64,000 nt of DNA, taken from the human T2T-CHM13v2.0 reference genome, Homo sapiens. Position numbers and translations under genes: made by a program. Below the pieces are notes generated by a model. It was not told the origin of the DNA and did not search any database. It saw only the letters and a program-made list of their open reading frames with translations. Positions 12,746 to 29,970 of the stretch are shown here, in pieces (positions within the stretch are counted from its first letter, which is position 1; the number at the start of each line of letters is the position of its first letter). The stretch lies in the NCBI RefSeq assembly GCF_009914755.1, contig NC_060936.1; one strand, 5' to 3'.

Positions 12746-13339
12746 TTTGCATAGTTGATCTTTCTGTCTCTGTATTTATAAGATTTGTCTTAATCCTTGG
12801 AGTTCAGAAATCTTACCAGAATATGTCTAAGTGTGTGGACCTTGGTAATACATTTCCATCTGCTGACTTGAATAAATCTAATTTTAACTAACTTTGCCTC
12901 TCCTTGATCTGTGCTCTTATGTTTTTCTGATATTTGCATGTAGGTCTCCTGGATCTTTCTTCCAAGTCTGCTATCTTTTTGCTCATGATTTCTGCCTCTT
13001 TGAATTATTGCTCCTTATTTTGAGATACTTCTTCCAATTGTTCTTTCAGGCTACTAATTTGAACCCAGCATAAATCATCTTCTTCAGTTCACCCACTTGC
13101 TTGTTCAGTTAAAAAGTCGTGGGTTGCTTTTTTTTTTTTTTTTTTTTTTGGTTATTTTTCAGTTCTTTTGTTATTGTTGTTTGGAAGCAGAGGCTGCACT
13201 GAGCTGAGATTGCACCATGGCACATGGCACTCCAGCCTGGGTGACGGGGTGAGACCCTATCTCAAAAAGAAATTCTGATCAAGGAAATCTATGATTGCTA
13301 GACTGATAAATTTTGAGTTTGATTCTGAATGTGGTAGAA

Positions 13340-13550
13340 AGCAAAATGACATAGTGAAATAGCATGAATTTTGTGGCTCAAAGTGAATTAGCATGAACTA
13401 ATGCCAACTGGGCATTTCCTAGCTTTATGAACTTGGGCAAACTGCTTAATTTTCTGACCCTGATCCTGTAAAATGGAGATAGCTATGCCTTCCTCCAGAT
13501 CTCTTATTAGGAGATCATATGTGTAAAAGATAAGAACTGGCACAGGACAG
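13340..13550 (+). mobile_element. MIR
   Basis: CTTGGGCAAACTGCTTAAT...CTGTAAAATGGAGATA core. Confidence 0.7.
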
Positions 13551-14009
13551 AACCTCTCTTCCTTTCCTAGTGGTATTGTGTTGGGAAGGAACTGTCTCCT
13601 GAGATCCTGCTCAGATCAGCTGCCTAGCCTAGAGGAAACAGCAATGTTGTTGAGGGAAAGAGGTTAAGAATGTGACAAGGAGAAATCATTTTGAAACAGA
13701 CAAGGCTGAGAAGGTACCAAAATGTTTTTGTGTGTTTGTGAGGGCCGTTTTTTGAGAGACAAGTTGTTGAAAAAGGCAATGGGGAAGACAGGACAATAAA
13801 GAGGAGAAAATCAACTGAGACAATGAAGAAGAAACTCAAGATTTCCTTCACACTTTTGACTCAGAGCAGCCATGTAGGAGACATAGAAAGTGTCACAGAA
13901 TGACCTATCAGGCATTAAATCGGATGATTAAACTATGGCGGGTAGTAGAAGGAAAAAATCAACCACCAGAAAAGTTGTAGATTCCTTCAAAACCTGATAT
14001 GTAACTTAA

Positions 14010-14339
<330 letters not shown>

Positions 14340-14769
14340 TGTTAGCTCCTTAATTCTGTACATAAACACATACTTTTTTTTTTTTCTTAAACATGGTGGG
14401 ATAAAAAAGCAAAATGTCTATGATATTTATAACGGAAGTTGGGCCATCCTGCCAAAGATTCGTAGTCACTAATTTTAGGATGATTATGATTAATCTTTGA
14501 AGTACCAGAAGAAAAATGTAATGCCCAGATAAGAGAGATTATCTTCATCAATTGTTTAAGTATTAATCTAAAAGGAGAGATTTCAGATCTTTAAAAAAAT
14601 GATTATACGAGGCTCATAAATATTTCTCAGGTGTTTCATATGTTTTAAAAGGCTGAGGAAAATGTCTGTGGTAAATGCTGCGGATGCTTTGAAGACTATT
14701 CTTATTCAGATCAATTAAAATAAATATGTATGCAAAAGTGTCTAGCATGGTGGCCAGCAAACAAGTTTA

Positions 14770-15257
<488 letters not shown>

Positions 15258-15308
15258 ATGTTAGGGGAATCAAATTAAGCTCTTTAACCCAAATTTAATC
15301 TGAAGTAC

Positions 15309-15433
15309 CATCAAGACTTCTGCTTCTTTTGGCTGTGCATTGGCATACTCTACCCACTGGTCCTGGTATGCCTCAGGTCCTCTTGCTCTTAGCGCCTCAT
15401 CTATTCCAGCATTTACCTTTTTTATTCCCATGC
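15309..15433 (-). pseudogene. Putative pseudo-exon, 125 bp, phase 1->0
   Basis: attcattaattttAG|GC...ATG|GTACTT; open frame MGIKKVNAGIDEALRARGPEAYQDQWVEYANAQPKEAEVLM; GC-richer than flanks. Confidence 0.55.
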
Positions 15434-15544
15434 CTAAAATTAATGAATATGACAGTTTTGTAAAAGGATACAAAAGTAATTTATATATACTTTTGCACAT
15501 CTGGAATTTAATTTTTTTTAAGTGGTTCTCTGCCTTTTCTACAT

Positions 15545-15780
15545 CAGAGCATAGAGGTTAAGTGCATAACTCCTGGGGTCAGAGAGATGCAAGTTCAAAT
15601 CCTGGGTCTCCCACTTAGACTATTAACTTGAGCAAGTTACTTAGCATCACTGAGCATTAGTTTCCTCATCTGTAAAATGGGAATTAAAACTCTCTGTACT
15701 TCAAATGAGATAATGTAGGTAAAGACGTGGCAAGGTGTCAGATGGATAGTAAGCCTTGATAAGTAATGCTGAGTATTGTG
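15545..15780 (+). mobile_element. MIR
   Basis: GTTCAAATCCTGG...GCAAGTTACTTA...AGTTTCCTCATCTGTAAAATGGG. Confidence 0.8.
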
Positions 15781-16339
15781 ACTTATAACATGTATAACAT
15801 GTAATAACTATATACCATATATATCTAGATAATATACATCTATAATTATTTTTAAACACCCTTATAATATCCCTCTTCAAATTCCTATAATTCTGCATTT
15901 TTGATATTTAGAATAGAAAAAGTGAATCACAAATCGTAAAAGAGGTAGAATTGCTAGTTGAGTAGAATATTTACAGTTAAAATATGGTGCTGGCTTTATC
16001 TTAGAATTATAATCTAGAGATGTACATTATCCTAGATGCAAAGTGCAAAAGTGCTCATAATATCTGGACAACAAAAACTAGTTGAATGTAAAAGTATTTA
16101 TTCACTTTTGGACTCATGTTAATTTGGGGTGGCAAATTGATATTAACTTGCACAGTATCTTTATATCCATGAATTAAATTAATTCAGGGCTTTTTTCCAA
16201 GGGAGCCACACCTCATTAATAATTTTATTTGGTTGTTATCTAGAATGTTGTAACAATTTCTAAATGTCAGGTTATAGAAATTTCTAGTATACAGAAATCC
16301 CACTTCAGAATTCAGAAACCTTTTGGTTTACTTCTTTCA

Positions 16340-16812
<473 letters not shown>

Positions 16813-16941
16813 TTGCTCCTTTTAATACTGGCATGCCCTAGCCAATGATTCTTTAAATAATATTATTGCTCAATATTTTCCTTCTTAAAAAGTGGCTGGA
16901 TTTCATACTGACTAAAATCAGGAAAACATAAGGAAGAGAAG

Positions 16942-17731
16942 TACGATATTGTGATTTATAATAAGGAATACATATTTTGGTCTTTATCCTCAATTCCTGG
17001 CACAGAGCTCCTAAAACCCTTGTAATTTCCTAAGCAATAGAGGTGCTAGGTGCATCTTTGTTTCTAATATTTGTTTTTTTCCCCCAGTTCCTGATGCAGA
17101 GCTCCTAATCCCTTGGAAATCCCTGGGTGACAACAGTGTCTTTTGTTCTCATGAGGCAACCCTCAGTAGGTTCTTGGATGAAGGCTGGACACCAGAAAAA
17201 CCAAGCCATGATTAGAAGCTTGGAAACTTCAGACCCATTCCCCATCCTCTGGGGTTCAGAGACCTTCGGGTTGCTGAACACATGGAGGTGCTGGGAGGGT
17301 GGCATGACCACGCCGCATGCCCCGTACCTTGTCCTATGCATCTCTTCCATCTGGCTGTTCATTTGTATCTCTTAAAATATCCTTTCTAATAAGTTGGCAA
17401 TAACAAGTAAACTGTTTTCCTGGGTTCTATGAGCCATTCTAGTAAATTATCGAACCTGAGAAGGGAGTCATAGGAGCCTCCAATTTGTAGCCAAGTCCAG
17501 TAGAAGTTATGGTAACCTGGGGACCTACTACTTGCAATTGGCATCTGAAGTGGTGGATAGCCTCATGGGACTGAGCCCTTAACCTTTGGGATCTGACGCT
17601 ATTTCCAATGTCAACTGGTGTCGGAATATTGGTCAGTGTGGGGAGAAAAAAAAAAACCCACTAATGTATTGTTCACAGAAGCATTGAATGTTGAGAGTAC
17701 GATAGGAAGAAAAACAGATTTTTCACTAAAC
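16942..17731 (+). mobile_element. Solo LTR (MER21-like)
   Basis: GATATTGTGATTTATAATAAG...CCTGGCACAGAGCTCCTAAAACCCTTG start. Confidence 0.7.
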
Positions 17732-18459
17732 CAGAAGTCAAAACTATCTCCAGTGGGGATGGCAGGAAGATACAATTATGACTGAGTAAAGAAAGAAGTA
17801 GCAGAGAGAAAACAAAAGGACTGTCTCCTTGGAATAAACTGAGCAGTCCCATATGAAGCACCAGCTGTGAACTCTGAGATGCCTCAGAGCAGGAGTGAGC
17901 AGCTTAGGCTGTGTTCATCCTGGCTCTGGAGGACAGGGAAGGGGATGCTATCCAGTCATAAAGTGCCCAATAAACACAAGTACTCATCTGGGGGCATATG
18001 AGGAAATGCCACAAAGGGATAACTAATCCCAAGCACTGGAAGGACTGGCAGTGCCTACCTAAATGATTCACTGAGGGAAAGTATGTTGTGTGTGGAGAAT
18101 AAGGTTGTCAGGTTTTATTTCATCATTGGTGAAATTGGAGAGAAATATCTCCTCATATAAGAGAGCATTTTGGCTGACTGACTGCTAATGGGGTGACTGA
18201 CACATTCACCCCATTCCTCACTGTGGTTCCAATCACCCTCACACTAAACCCATATGTAACCTTTGATGTACTTGGAGTCTTCTGCTTCGTGACTGATTAG
18301 AGGACATGAGTTTGGTTGACAGAATGTCTCAAAGGAGACGGGAGAGATGATGATTATAGCACCTATGTTGTACTGATGCCTTAGTCCAGCCTGGTGGTGG
18401 GGTGGGGGGTGGCAACTAGAAACTGGAGGAATGTTCCCAAAAGAATGTTTGAGGTTCTG

Positions 18460-18743
<284 letters not shown>

Positions 18744-19374
18744 GTTTGAGATTCTGGCCATGGAATTAGTGCCAGATGCTGACAGATCTATTTTCTTGGG
18801 AGACTTTAAGGTTCTAGGAGAGGGTAAAGGCCAGAAGCTGGAAGAATAGAAAGGACTCTAAATGTAATCAGATCTGCTTAAGGGCCCACATGACCAAGAG
18901 TAGCAGAGAATTAGAAAGAGAGACTTTCTCCCTTCCTCTATACAAAACCCCACACCACACTCATACCCTGAGAATACAGCACCTTTGGCGTAGACACCAG
19001 CATCCTCACCTCAGACAGTGGTGGTTGGCTGTGGTAGGGATTAGATGGCAGACAGGCATCAGGAAGTGCAGCGGGAGGAGGACCCGGTGGATGCCATGTG
19101 CTGACTGCATTTGACAGACTAGTATGTGGACAAGTGCAAAGCACCCACTTGTAGAAAGTCCCCAGCATAAGTGGGACACATTGTTGGGGGGCAGTGCTAA
19201 GTTACTACTTAAGCAGGTGGAGTGCTGCCTCAGGAAATTTCATGGGCTGGTGAGGACAGATAACATCAGGCTTATGCTTTCAAACAATGGAATGGCAACA
19301 GCCCAGGTAGCCTATGTAGCTCTTGCCTCCATCTCAAAAAATAAAGGGAAAAAAAGCATAGAAAATTGGGATGA

Positions 19375-19768
<394 letters not shown>

Positions 19769-20183
19769 TTACAACAGGCCCTGAGGCAATTGTCTATCAT
19801 TTTTAACTTTGAAAAGTAATTACATAAATTTGTGTCTAGATTATACAAATTGCGAATTGGAGCATTACCATAATTTGCCTTAATTTGCTTTGTAAAATGC
19901 CCAATTATCTACTGTGAGGTTGCAACCACAATTTAGAACTAGCAACTAATCTCCACCTTCCCCTTCTCTGCTTCTGATCTTCTACATCTCTGAAAGGCTC
20001 ATACAAGACCTTCTGTGCCAATGTTATTTAGTTTCAATTAAGAAAACTAATATGGAGCTTAAACTACGGAGGTCTGTTCTCAAAGATGACACAAGGGAAC
20101 ATCAAAGCTCATCAGAACATCTGGACATACTAGCTGAGGGGGAGATTTTCATAAAGCTTTTCTATCAAATGCAAAAATTGCAC

Positions 20184-20299
20184 CAATATAATCATTCATC
20201 CTCTCAGAGTCTGCTTCTTTCTTCTTTAAATTTGAAGCCTCAATTAATTGGAAATGTGGACCATTCTGGCGAAATAATATTTCCAGTTAATCAACTTTC
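20184..20299 (-). pseudogene. Putative pseudo-exon, 116 bp, phase 2->1, one premature stop
   Basis: ctgcattttaaaAG|G...TTG|GTGCAA; KVD*LEILFRQNGPHFQLIEASNLKKKEADSERMNDYI. Confidence 0.4.
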
Positions 20300-20725
20300 C
20301 TTTTAAAATGCAGTATTTTGTCAGCATATTTCTAAATACTTTAAAAAACAACTGCTCTGGTTTAAGAGGTACAGTTTCATTGTGACACGACTAATATTAT
20401 GTTGATGATTACAGACCTCACGATGCCTCTGCTTCATAATTCTGAACATCACTTCTCATTTTTCCAGTACCAAACATAGTATTTTCATTCATTTATTTGT
20501 TCATCAATCCATTTAAGAAATCTTGACTGAATGCCTACCCTTTGTCAGGTACTCTTCTAGAGACTGAGGGTACAGCAGAGGCAAAACAGACCATAATCTC
20601 TTCTTCTACTGAGATTAAATTTTAGGTCAATATTATATATATATTGACATGTATATATAATATGTCAGTGTCATATATATGTGAAATAAGACATTGGGTT
20701 GACTTATACTAGCAGTTAATTTTTT

Positions 20726-21627
20726 TCTTCAACTTTTATTTTAAGTTCCAGGGTACATGTGCAGGATGTGCAGGTTTGTTACATATGCAAACATGTACCA
20801 TGGTGGTTTGCTACACAGATCAACCCATCACCCAGGTATTAAGCCCAGCATTCATTAGCTGTTCTTCCTGATCTTCTCTCTCCTCACACCCCCCAACAGG
20901 CCCCAGTGTGTGGTGTTCCTCACTATGTGTCTATGTGTTCTCATCGTTCACCTCCCACTTGTAAGTGAGAACATGCAGTGTTTGGTTTTCTGTTCCCGTG
21001 TTAGTTTGCTGAGGATAATGGCTTCCAGCTCCATCCATGCCCTTGCAAAGGACATGATCTCATTCCTTTTTATGACTGCATAGTATTCCATGGTGTATAT
21101 GCCTGCACACCTACAACCATCTGATCTTTGGCAAACCTGACAAAAACAAGCAATGGAGAAAGGATTCCCTATTTACTAAATAGTGCTGGGAGAGCTGGCT
21201 AGCCATGTGCAGAAAATTGAAACTAGACTCCTTCCTTACACCTTATACAAAAATTAACTCAAGATGGATTAAAGACTTCAATATAAAACCCAAAACTATA
21301 AAAACCATTTGGGACATAGGCATGGGCAAAGATTTCATGACAAAAATGCCAAAAGCAAGAGCAACAAAAACAAAAATAGACAAATGGAATCTAGTTAAAT
21401 AAAGAGCTTCTGCACCGCAAAAGAAACCATCATTAGAGTGAACAGACAACCTATAGAATGGGAGAACATTTTTGCAATCTACCCATCTGACAAATGTCTA
21501 ATATCCAGAGTCTACAAGGAACTTAAACAAATTTATGAGAAAAAAAAATTAAAACGTGGGCAAAGGACATGAACAGACACTTCTCAGAAGAAGACATTCA
21601 TGCAGCCAACAAACATCTGGGGAAAAA
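20726..21627 (-). mobile_element. L1PA with 5' inversion (twin-priming structure)
   Basis: 20726-~21100 is the antisense 3' end; ~21101-21627 is sense ORF2; TSD AGCAGTT(A/G)ATTTTTT at 20711-20725 and 21628-21642. Confidence 0.85.
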
Positions 21628-21777
21628 AGCAGTTGATTTTTTATTAACCACTGAGGTCAACTGGTTTTTTATTCTATACTTTCATGAGAAAGTATACATA
21701 TACATACATACATATATGTATGTAGTGGTTCCAGGGAGTTAGGTTCTGGTTAGTGAAGGTATTTTCAACTGTATTCT

Positions 21778-22071
<294 letters not shown>

Positions 22072-22155
22072 TAACAGTATTTTCTTGATACATATTTCAG
22101 TGCATTATTTTCTAATATATATTAGAAAGAATATTAGAATGAGATAGATTCTTTC

Positions 22156-22454
<299 letters not shown>

Positions 22455-23096
22455 TAGATTCTTTCTAATATATATTAGAAAGAATACTGGCTTTCTAAAT
22501 TATTTTAAATTCAGAACATTTTTCTTCTCAGTCTAATTTATCTCCTCTACTGAAAAAAAAAAAGTAAAACAATTCAACTTTTTGTCAGTACTAAACAGAG
22601 GACAACACATCATTACCAACCATCACAACCTTCTGTGATTCCAATCCTGTCAAAAGAAACATCCTGTAATTTCCTCCTTCAAAATCAGAACTAAACCCAA
22701 CAAGATCAGTGCAGAAGTGCATTCTAATAATAGTCCACTCCTATTACTAATGGAAAGGCTGAAGGCTTCACAAACCTTTTCAAAGAGCACTTTGATGTAA
22801 TTTTGAAGTCACAAACAGTTCTGTTTCTCTAAGCAGGCATTTTTCAGAGGACTGCGTCCAGTTAGAAATCCTAAAACTGAAGAGCACCAGTGAAACTTGA
22901 AGATGGTTCAGAAAAGAACAGCTGAAATGACTGAAAGCCTGGGAGATCCTTCTAGTGAGGGGGTGCTAGAGGAACCAAATGTATTTACCTGATTTGGTTA
23001 GATAAGAAAGAGAGAGGACCTAGAAGAATTCACTGTGAGTCACTGTAAGCAATAGACCTACAGTATTGAGAGAGCTAGAGTGATAAGAATACTACT

Positions 23097-23433
<337 letters not shown>

Positions 23434-24807
23434 TTAACAGCCTTCCAGTAACTCAGGAGGCAGATTATTAGTGCTATTACTCCCATTGCACAGTTGACGA
23501 AAACTGTGGCTTAAGTAATTTGCACAAGACCACATAGCTAGTAACAGTTGAGCTGCAACTTGAACTCAGGCTGACTCCAGAACCCTAGCTCTCACTCGCC
23601 ACACCATACTGCCTTAAGAGCAGAAACATCCAACTGCCCATAAGGATACGCAAAAATGAGGACATATAAACAAACAAGATTTTGAAACTCATCACCCCAG
23701 AGATTATAAATGCAAATGGACTGTCTTACTGGGATAGACAGAGTTTAGTTCCACCCAACAGCTAAAAGCTAAATTAGAATGGCTTCAGGGGTCTCTCTTT
23801 TTTTTTTGGCAATGATTCAAAGGATGATTTTTATTCTTTATACCATTTGGAAAACAGGTGACATAAAGAGGATTAACATCCTAATCAAATAACATATCTG
23901 ATATCTTGGGAGTGTTAGCTACCCAATTAGGGAATGAACTTTTGCCAATTAGGGAAAAATAGAGTGCTACAATTCAGGTACTCACAAATTATAATAGGTA
24001 AACATTTATATCATAGTGATTATATATAGGTAAAGAGGTGGGCAGAATGTACATAGAAAACTTCTGAACTGTCTATCTCTTGCTGTCTAGGGATGGAATT
24101 TCTAAATATATTTTGCTCTAGTGCCTGATAGAAAATTACCTCAAGGAAGTAGAGACCTTTTGAGAAATCTAAGATAGCAATGTGCTAGTGTTTCCTAACA
24201 TGTGCTCTGTGGGACACTTAAATAGGCAATGTATCTCAAAATATGCATGTTCAAAATAGAGTCCCACATATCAACATCATATTAAAGGCTCAGAGAAGTT
24301 TAATAATAAAGAAATCGATTTAACTTGGGTTAACCAGCACTTCCCAAATATACTAGCTACAGAACCATTTCTTTTTTTTTTAACACCTATATATCACCCA
24401 TTGAACGGGTATTTTACTGAACACAGTACAGTAGACTGTTTAAAACTCACATCCTGGTAACTTTCACTACTTGAAATTACAAAGTGCTTTTGTTAATTGC
24501 ATATTTTTGCTCAGCCATCTTAGAATTGTGTGCCACGTGAGGACAGGGACTCATCTGTCTACAGACTTCCTGCACTCGTAAACTTTTTTTTGTGTTTTAA
24601 TAGACTTTGATTCCTTCAGTGTTCTGATAACTACAGAATCTCTGATCATGACTCCAAGGAAGACAAGGGCCCCCGCACCAGTTGGTGCTATGCTAGGCAG
24701 TGGGGATATTGCATGAACAGAACAGATATGGTTCCTGCTGAGGCAGAGCTGACATTTTATTGAGGAAAATAGACCATTAGGTACTTAAACCAGCAATAGA
24801 GAGAATA

Positions 24808-24948
24808 TTTTTCTTTTTCTTCTTTTCTTTTTCTTTTTTGTAGAGAAAGGGTCTCCCTATGTTGCCTAGGCTGGTCTTGAACTCCTGGGCTAAAGCGATT
24901 CTCCCACCTTGGCCCTCCCAAAGTGCTGGGATTGCACCACACCAGGCC
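24808..24948 (-). mobile_element. FLAM
   Basis: Antisense monomer; TSD AGAATATTTT. Confidence 0.85.
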
Positions 24949-25078
24949 AAGAATATTTTCCATTGTAAATGTATAAACTAGTAAATGAAGTTTACCTCAA
25001 TCCCATGTGTGTTTTAGTTGGTGTGAGCTGTACCTTGCATGCTTACCCTCTGGCTACTTGCAAGAGGCAGGCTGGAGA

Positions 25079-25269
25079 CAGTGGTGTGCTGGTAAACGAC
25101 CAGCTGGGGAAGGGGAGGTGGTTTGATTTATAGCATTTGCAGATTTCCATGATGCAAATACTCCCGCCACATTGGATTTCAAACCATCCAGGTGATGCCA
25201 AGTAGCTTCCTGGAAATTTAACCATCTGCTCTCGGTAACTGCTGCCAGCAGCTCCAGCACACACCACTG
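25079..25269. mobile_element. Non-autonomous DNA transposon (hAT-like MITE)
   Basis: Terminal inverted repeats CAGTGGTGTG...CACACCACTG. Confidence 0.6.
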
Positions 25270-25629
25270 GTTCTAGCCCTTCAAAGCAAGTTTAGCTAGC
25301 ATTCTTCTCATCACAGACTTTTGAGTTTCACAAGCTAAGTAAAAGAATTTTTAAAAATTAGAGAAAGACTTTCTGAAATCTTTTTTCTTCCCTTCCTTCC
25401 TTCCTTTTTCCCTTCCCTTTTTCCTTCCTTCTTTTACCAAAGACACTAAAAAAAAAAAAAAATTACAATCTACAAATACCGTCATTTCATAAAAGAAAGG
25501 ATATTTTAATTTTTTAAAAGTGGGAATAACATAATTTCAGAACAAAGATTAGTCCTTTAAATTTAATGAATCCAGATCTATGAAAATTTTATTACCTTAC
25601 TTATTTTTCTAATTTTATTATGAACTAGG

Positions 25630-27855
<2,226 letters not shown>

Positions 27856-28419
27856 CTTGAAGGTGGACCACTGTGCTGCTCTGTGGACTTTAGAAATGCT
27901 GCCCTACTTAACAGTGTTTGAGATTCATCTCAAAACAGATCTTTACCTTCTCCAGAAGCACTCAGGAGTTTAGGTGAAAGATCCAGGTGGATAGCTCCAG
28001 GGTAAGAAGTTAGAAATGCTGACACTATGTGAGAGATAGTGTTCATAGGGAGAGACCATGGGATCTTACCTAAAACCAAGAAATGGGTGGTAAATGTAGT
28101 GAAAAGGAAGCACCAGGAAATTGGAAATCTCAGGGAGGAGAAAAGGCAGGTGAAATGATCTGGTACTGATGAAAATCCCCCATCTCTACATCAAGGGGAT
28201 TATTAACTCAGTTTCAAAAATAGAGAACAAGAGAGAAAAAGAGAAACAGGGATGCTGTTTTAACTATAGGCAGCAGTATATAGTAAGACATATTTTTAAT
28301 CTTTTATCAGTGAAAGTGTAAACAGTTAAATCCAGCACTAAATAATAAATGTGTCAATATTTTAAAATATATTTTTTCATAGCTAAAATTAGAACTAAAC
28401 ATGCTAATGAACTCAGCAC

Positions 28420-28558
28420 CAAGGGCTGGAGGTGATGGAGAGAACATTTCATCTCCCAGGCAACTCCCAACTCTGCAAGTTCTAGAATTCCTAAACATTA
28501 AATTTTCTTCATTGAAGACATATTTGGGAACTATAGCTTCATCATAAGGCAGCCAAGT
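28420..28558 (-). pseudogene. Putative pseudo-exon, 139 bp, phase 0->1
   Basis: atatcacaAG|ACT...G|GTGCTG; open frame TWLPYDEAIVPKYVFNEENLMFRNSRTCRVGSCLGDEMFSPSPPAL; splice sites weak. Confidence 0.3.
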
Positions 28559-28587
28559 CTTGTGATATATGGGTTAAAGGAAAGTTA

Positions 28588-28667
28588 TGCTTCTCCTGGG
28601 GTCTTCCTCTACATTTCCACCTAGACGGGCCTGGGTCAAAATGTAGAGGAAGACCCCAGAAGGAGCA
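28588..28667 (+). ncRNA. MIR4698: microRNA stem-loop MIR4698 (mature ~28636-28658, UCAAAAUGUAGAGGAAGACCCCA)
   Basis: Near-perfect hairpin: left arm TGCTTCTCCTGGGGTCTTCCTCTACATTT pairs with right arm AAATGTAGAGGAAGACCCCAGAAGGAGCA. The 3' arm matches my recollection of hsa-miR-4698. Confidence 0.85.
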
Positions 28668-29845
28668 AAACTTTCACCTGCGCCTCTTCCACCTGGGTCT
28701 GTCCTTTATCCTACCAGCTCCAAGAACAGGATTGTAATTGGTCACCTGATCTACCTGCATCTTCCTGACTGCAACAAGTTCTTTGCCCTATAGCTGCTTT
28801 ATTTCCACAGTTTGTCTTACCTGGAAGCACCTCTTCCTTCTTGGAGTCCCTTCTGTTCCCCAGACATACCTCTGTCATGGCACCATAGCATTTTGTGGCT
28901 TTTAAAAATTACATGTCTTATCTCCCCTTACTAAGGACTTTGGGGACAGTGATCTTGCCTTAGTTGTCTTTGGGTTCCCAGCATCTAACACCATTGGGGT
29001 CTCTTAAATGTTGGATGAATAAATAAATTATTAAAGGCTAATCTCAGGGGGGAATAGAATATGTCATAAATTCCTCAGCTGGAACTCATAGGGATCAATG
29101 ATGTCCCACACAAAAGCCCTATAGGGACAAGAATTCAGGAAGGGTGTTAGCTGCAAATCTTCCTGGCCTATGGAGAAGCATGGAATATACTGTGAGCCAT
29201 ATATGTCCCTGAAGCTAATCTAATCTATCTCAATGAAATTATATGCTTAGGTATTGTCATCTCAGTTTCTAATGTGTAACTTTTGCTTTCCTTGGAAATT
29301 GAAAGGATTTGAGCCATTTCTTAGGTAGTTTCAGGACGATACTGCTTCTCAGAGTTAAGGACTTCCTTTTTTCAATGTGTACCTGAACATCCAGAAGTTA
29401 AAAACAAGAGTAGCAGAGTCTTGCAGATGCAAACATAGTACAGAAGTTCTCATCCATCGCCCAAATTGAAACGTGCAATGTAAGCTGTAGCCATCCAGTT
29501 CCACTGCAGTGCTGGAGCAGAGGAGCAAGGGAGTTGGGATGAATGTGAAGAACTCAGAGGACCATTGGGAGCATATTCATTTCACTCATTCTCCGTAAAA
29601 AACAGGCATGTTGCTGGTAACCTGGACTTTTTCCAACCCTGGCTACACAGTTGCTGGATTTAGGTGCCAGACTCCTGTTGCTTCTTATTGCAAAATGCCC
29701 CCACATGGCATTTTGCCCCATTTTCATTTCTGCTTCTGATTAGGTCACTGTGAACTTTCTCTCCATGTTTACTCAAAGTACCAGAAATATGTAGGGACAG
29801 CCTCCACTTATCTCGAGATTTCCTGCTGTTCATGATTCAGCTCAC

Positions 29846-29970
29846 TTTGCTGTTCTTTTTCATTTCCTCTATCTTACATTTTGATTGTTTTTTATCTTCT
29901 TTTTCTTCAGCTTTATTGCTTGTTTCATTGGTTCTTAGCCCAGTGTCTGAAAGTGACCCTGAGAAGTTGT
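29846..29970 (-). pseudogene. Putative pseudo-exon, 125 bp, phase 1->0
   Basis: gcttttctgcttAG|AC...AAA|GTGAGC; open frame NFSGSLSDTGLRTNETSNKAEEKEDKKQSKCKIEEMKKNSK. Confidence 0.5.

Noticed and set aside
16211-16259. Extra minus-strand AG...GT segment between the 20184 and 15433 exons
   Set aside because: Short, ambiguous frame and weak donor; not distinguishable from chance.
29690-29716. 10-bp stem, 7-nt loop hairpin GCAAAATGCC/GGCATTTTGC
   Set aside because: Too short to interpret without other support.
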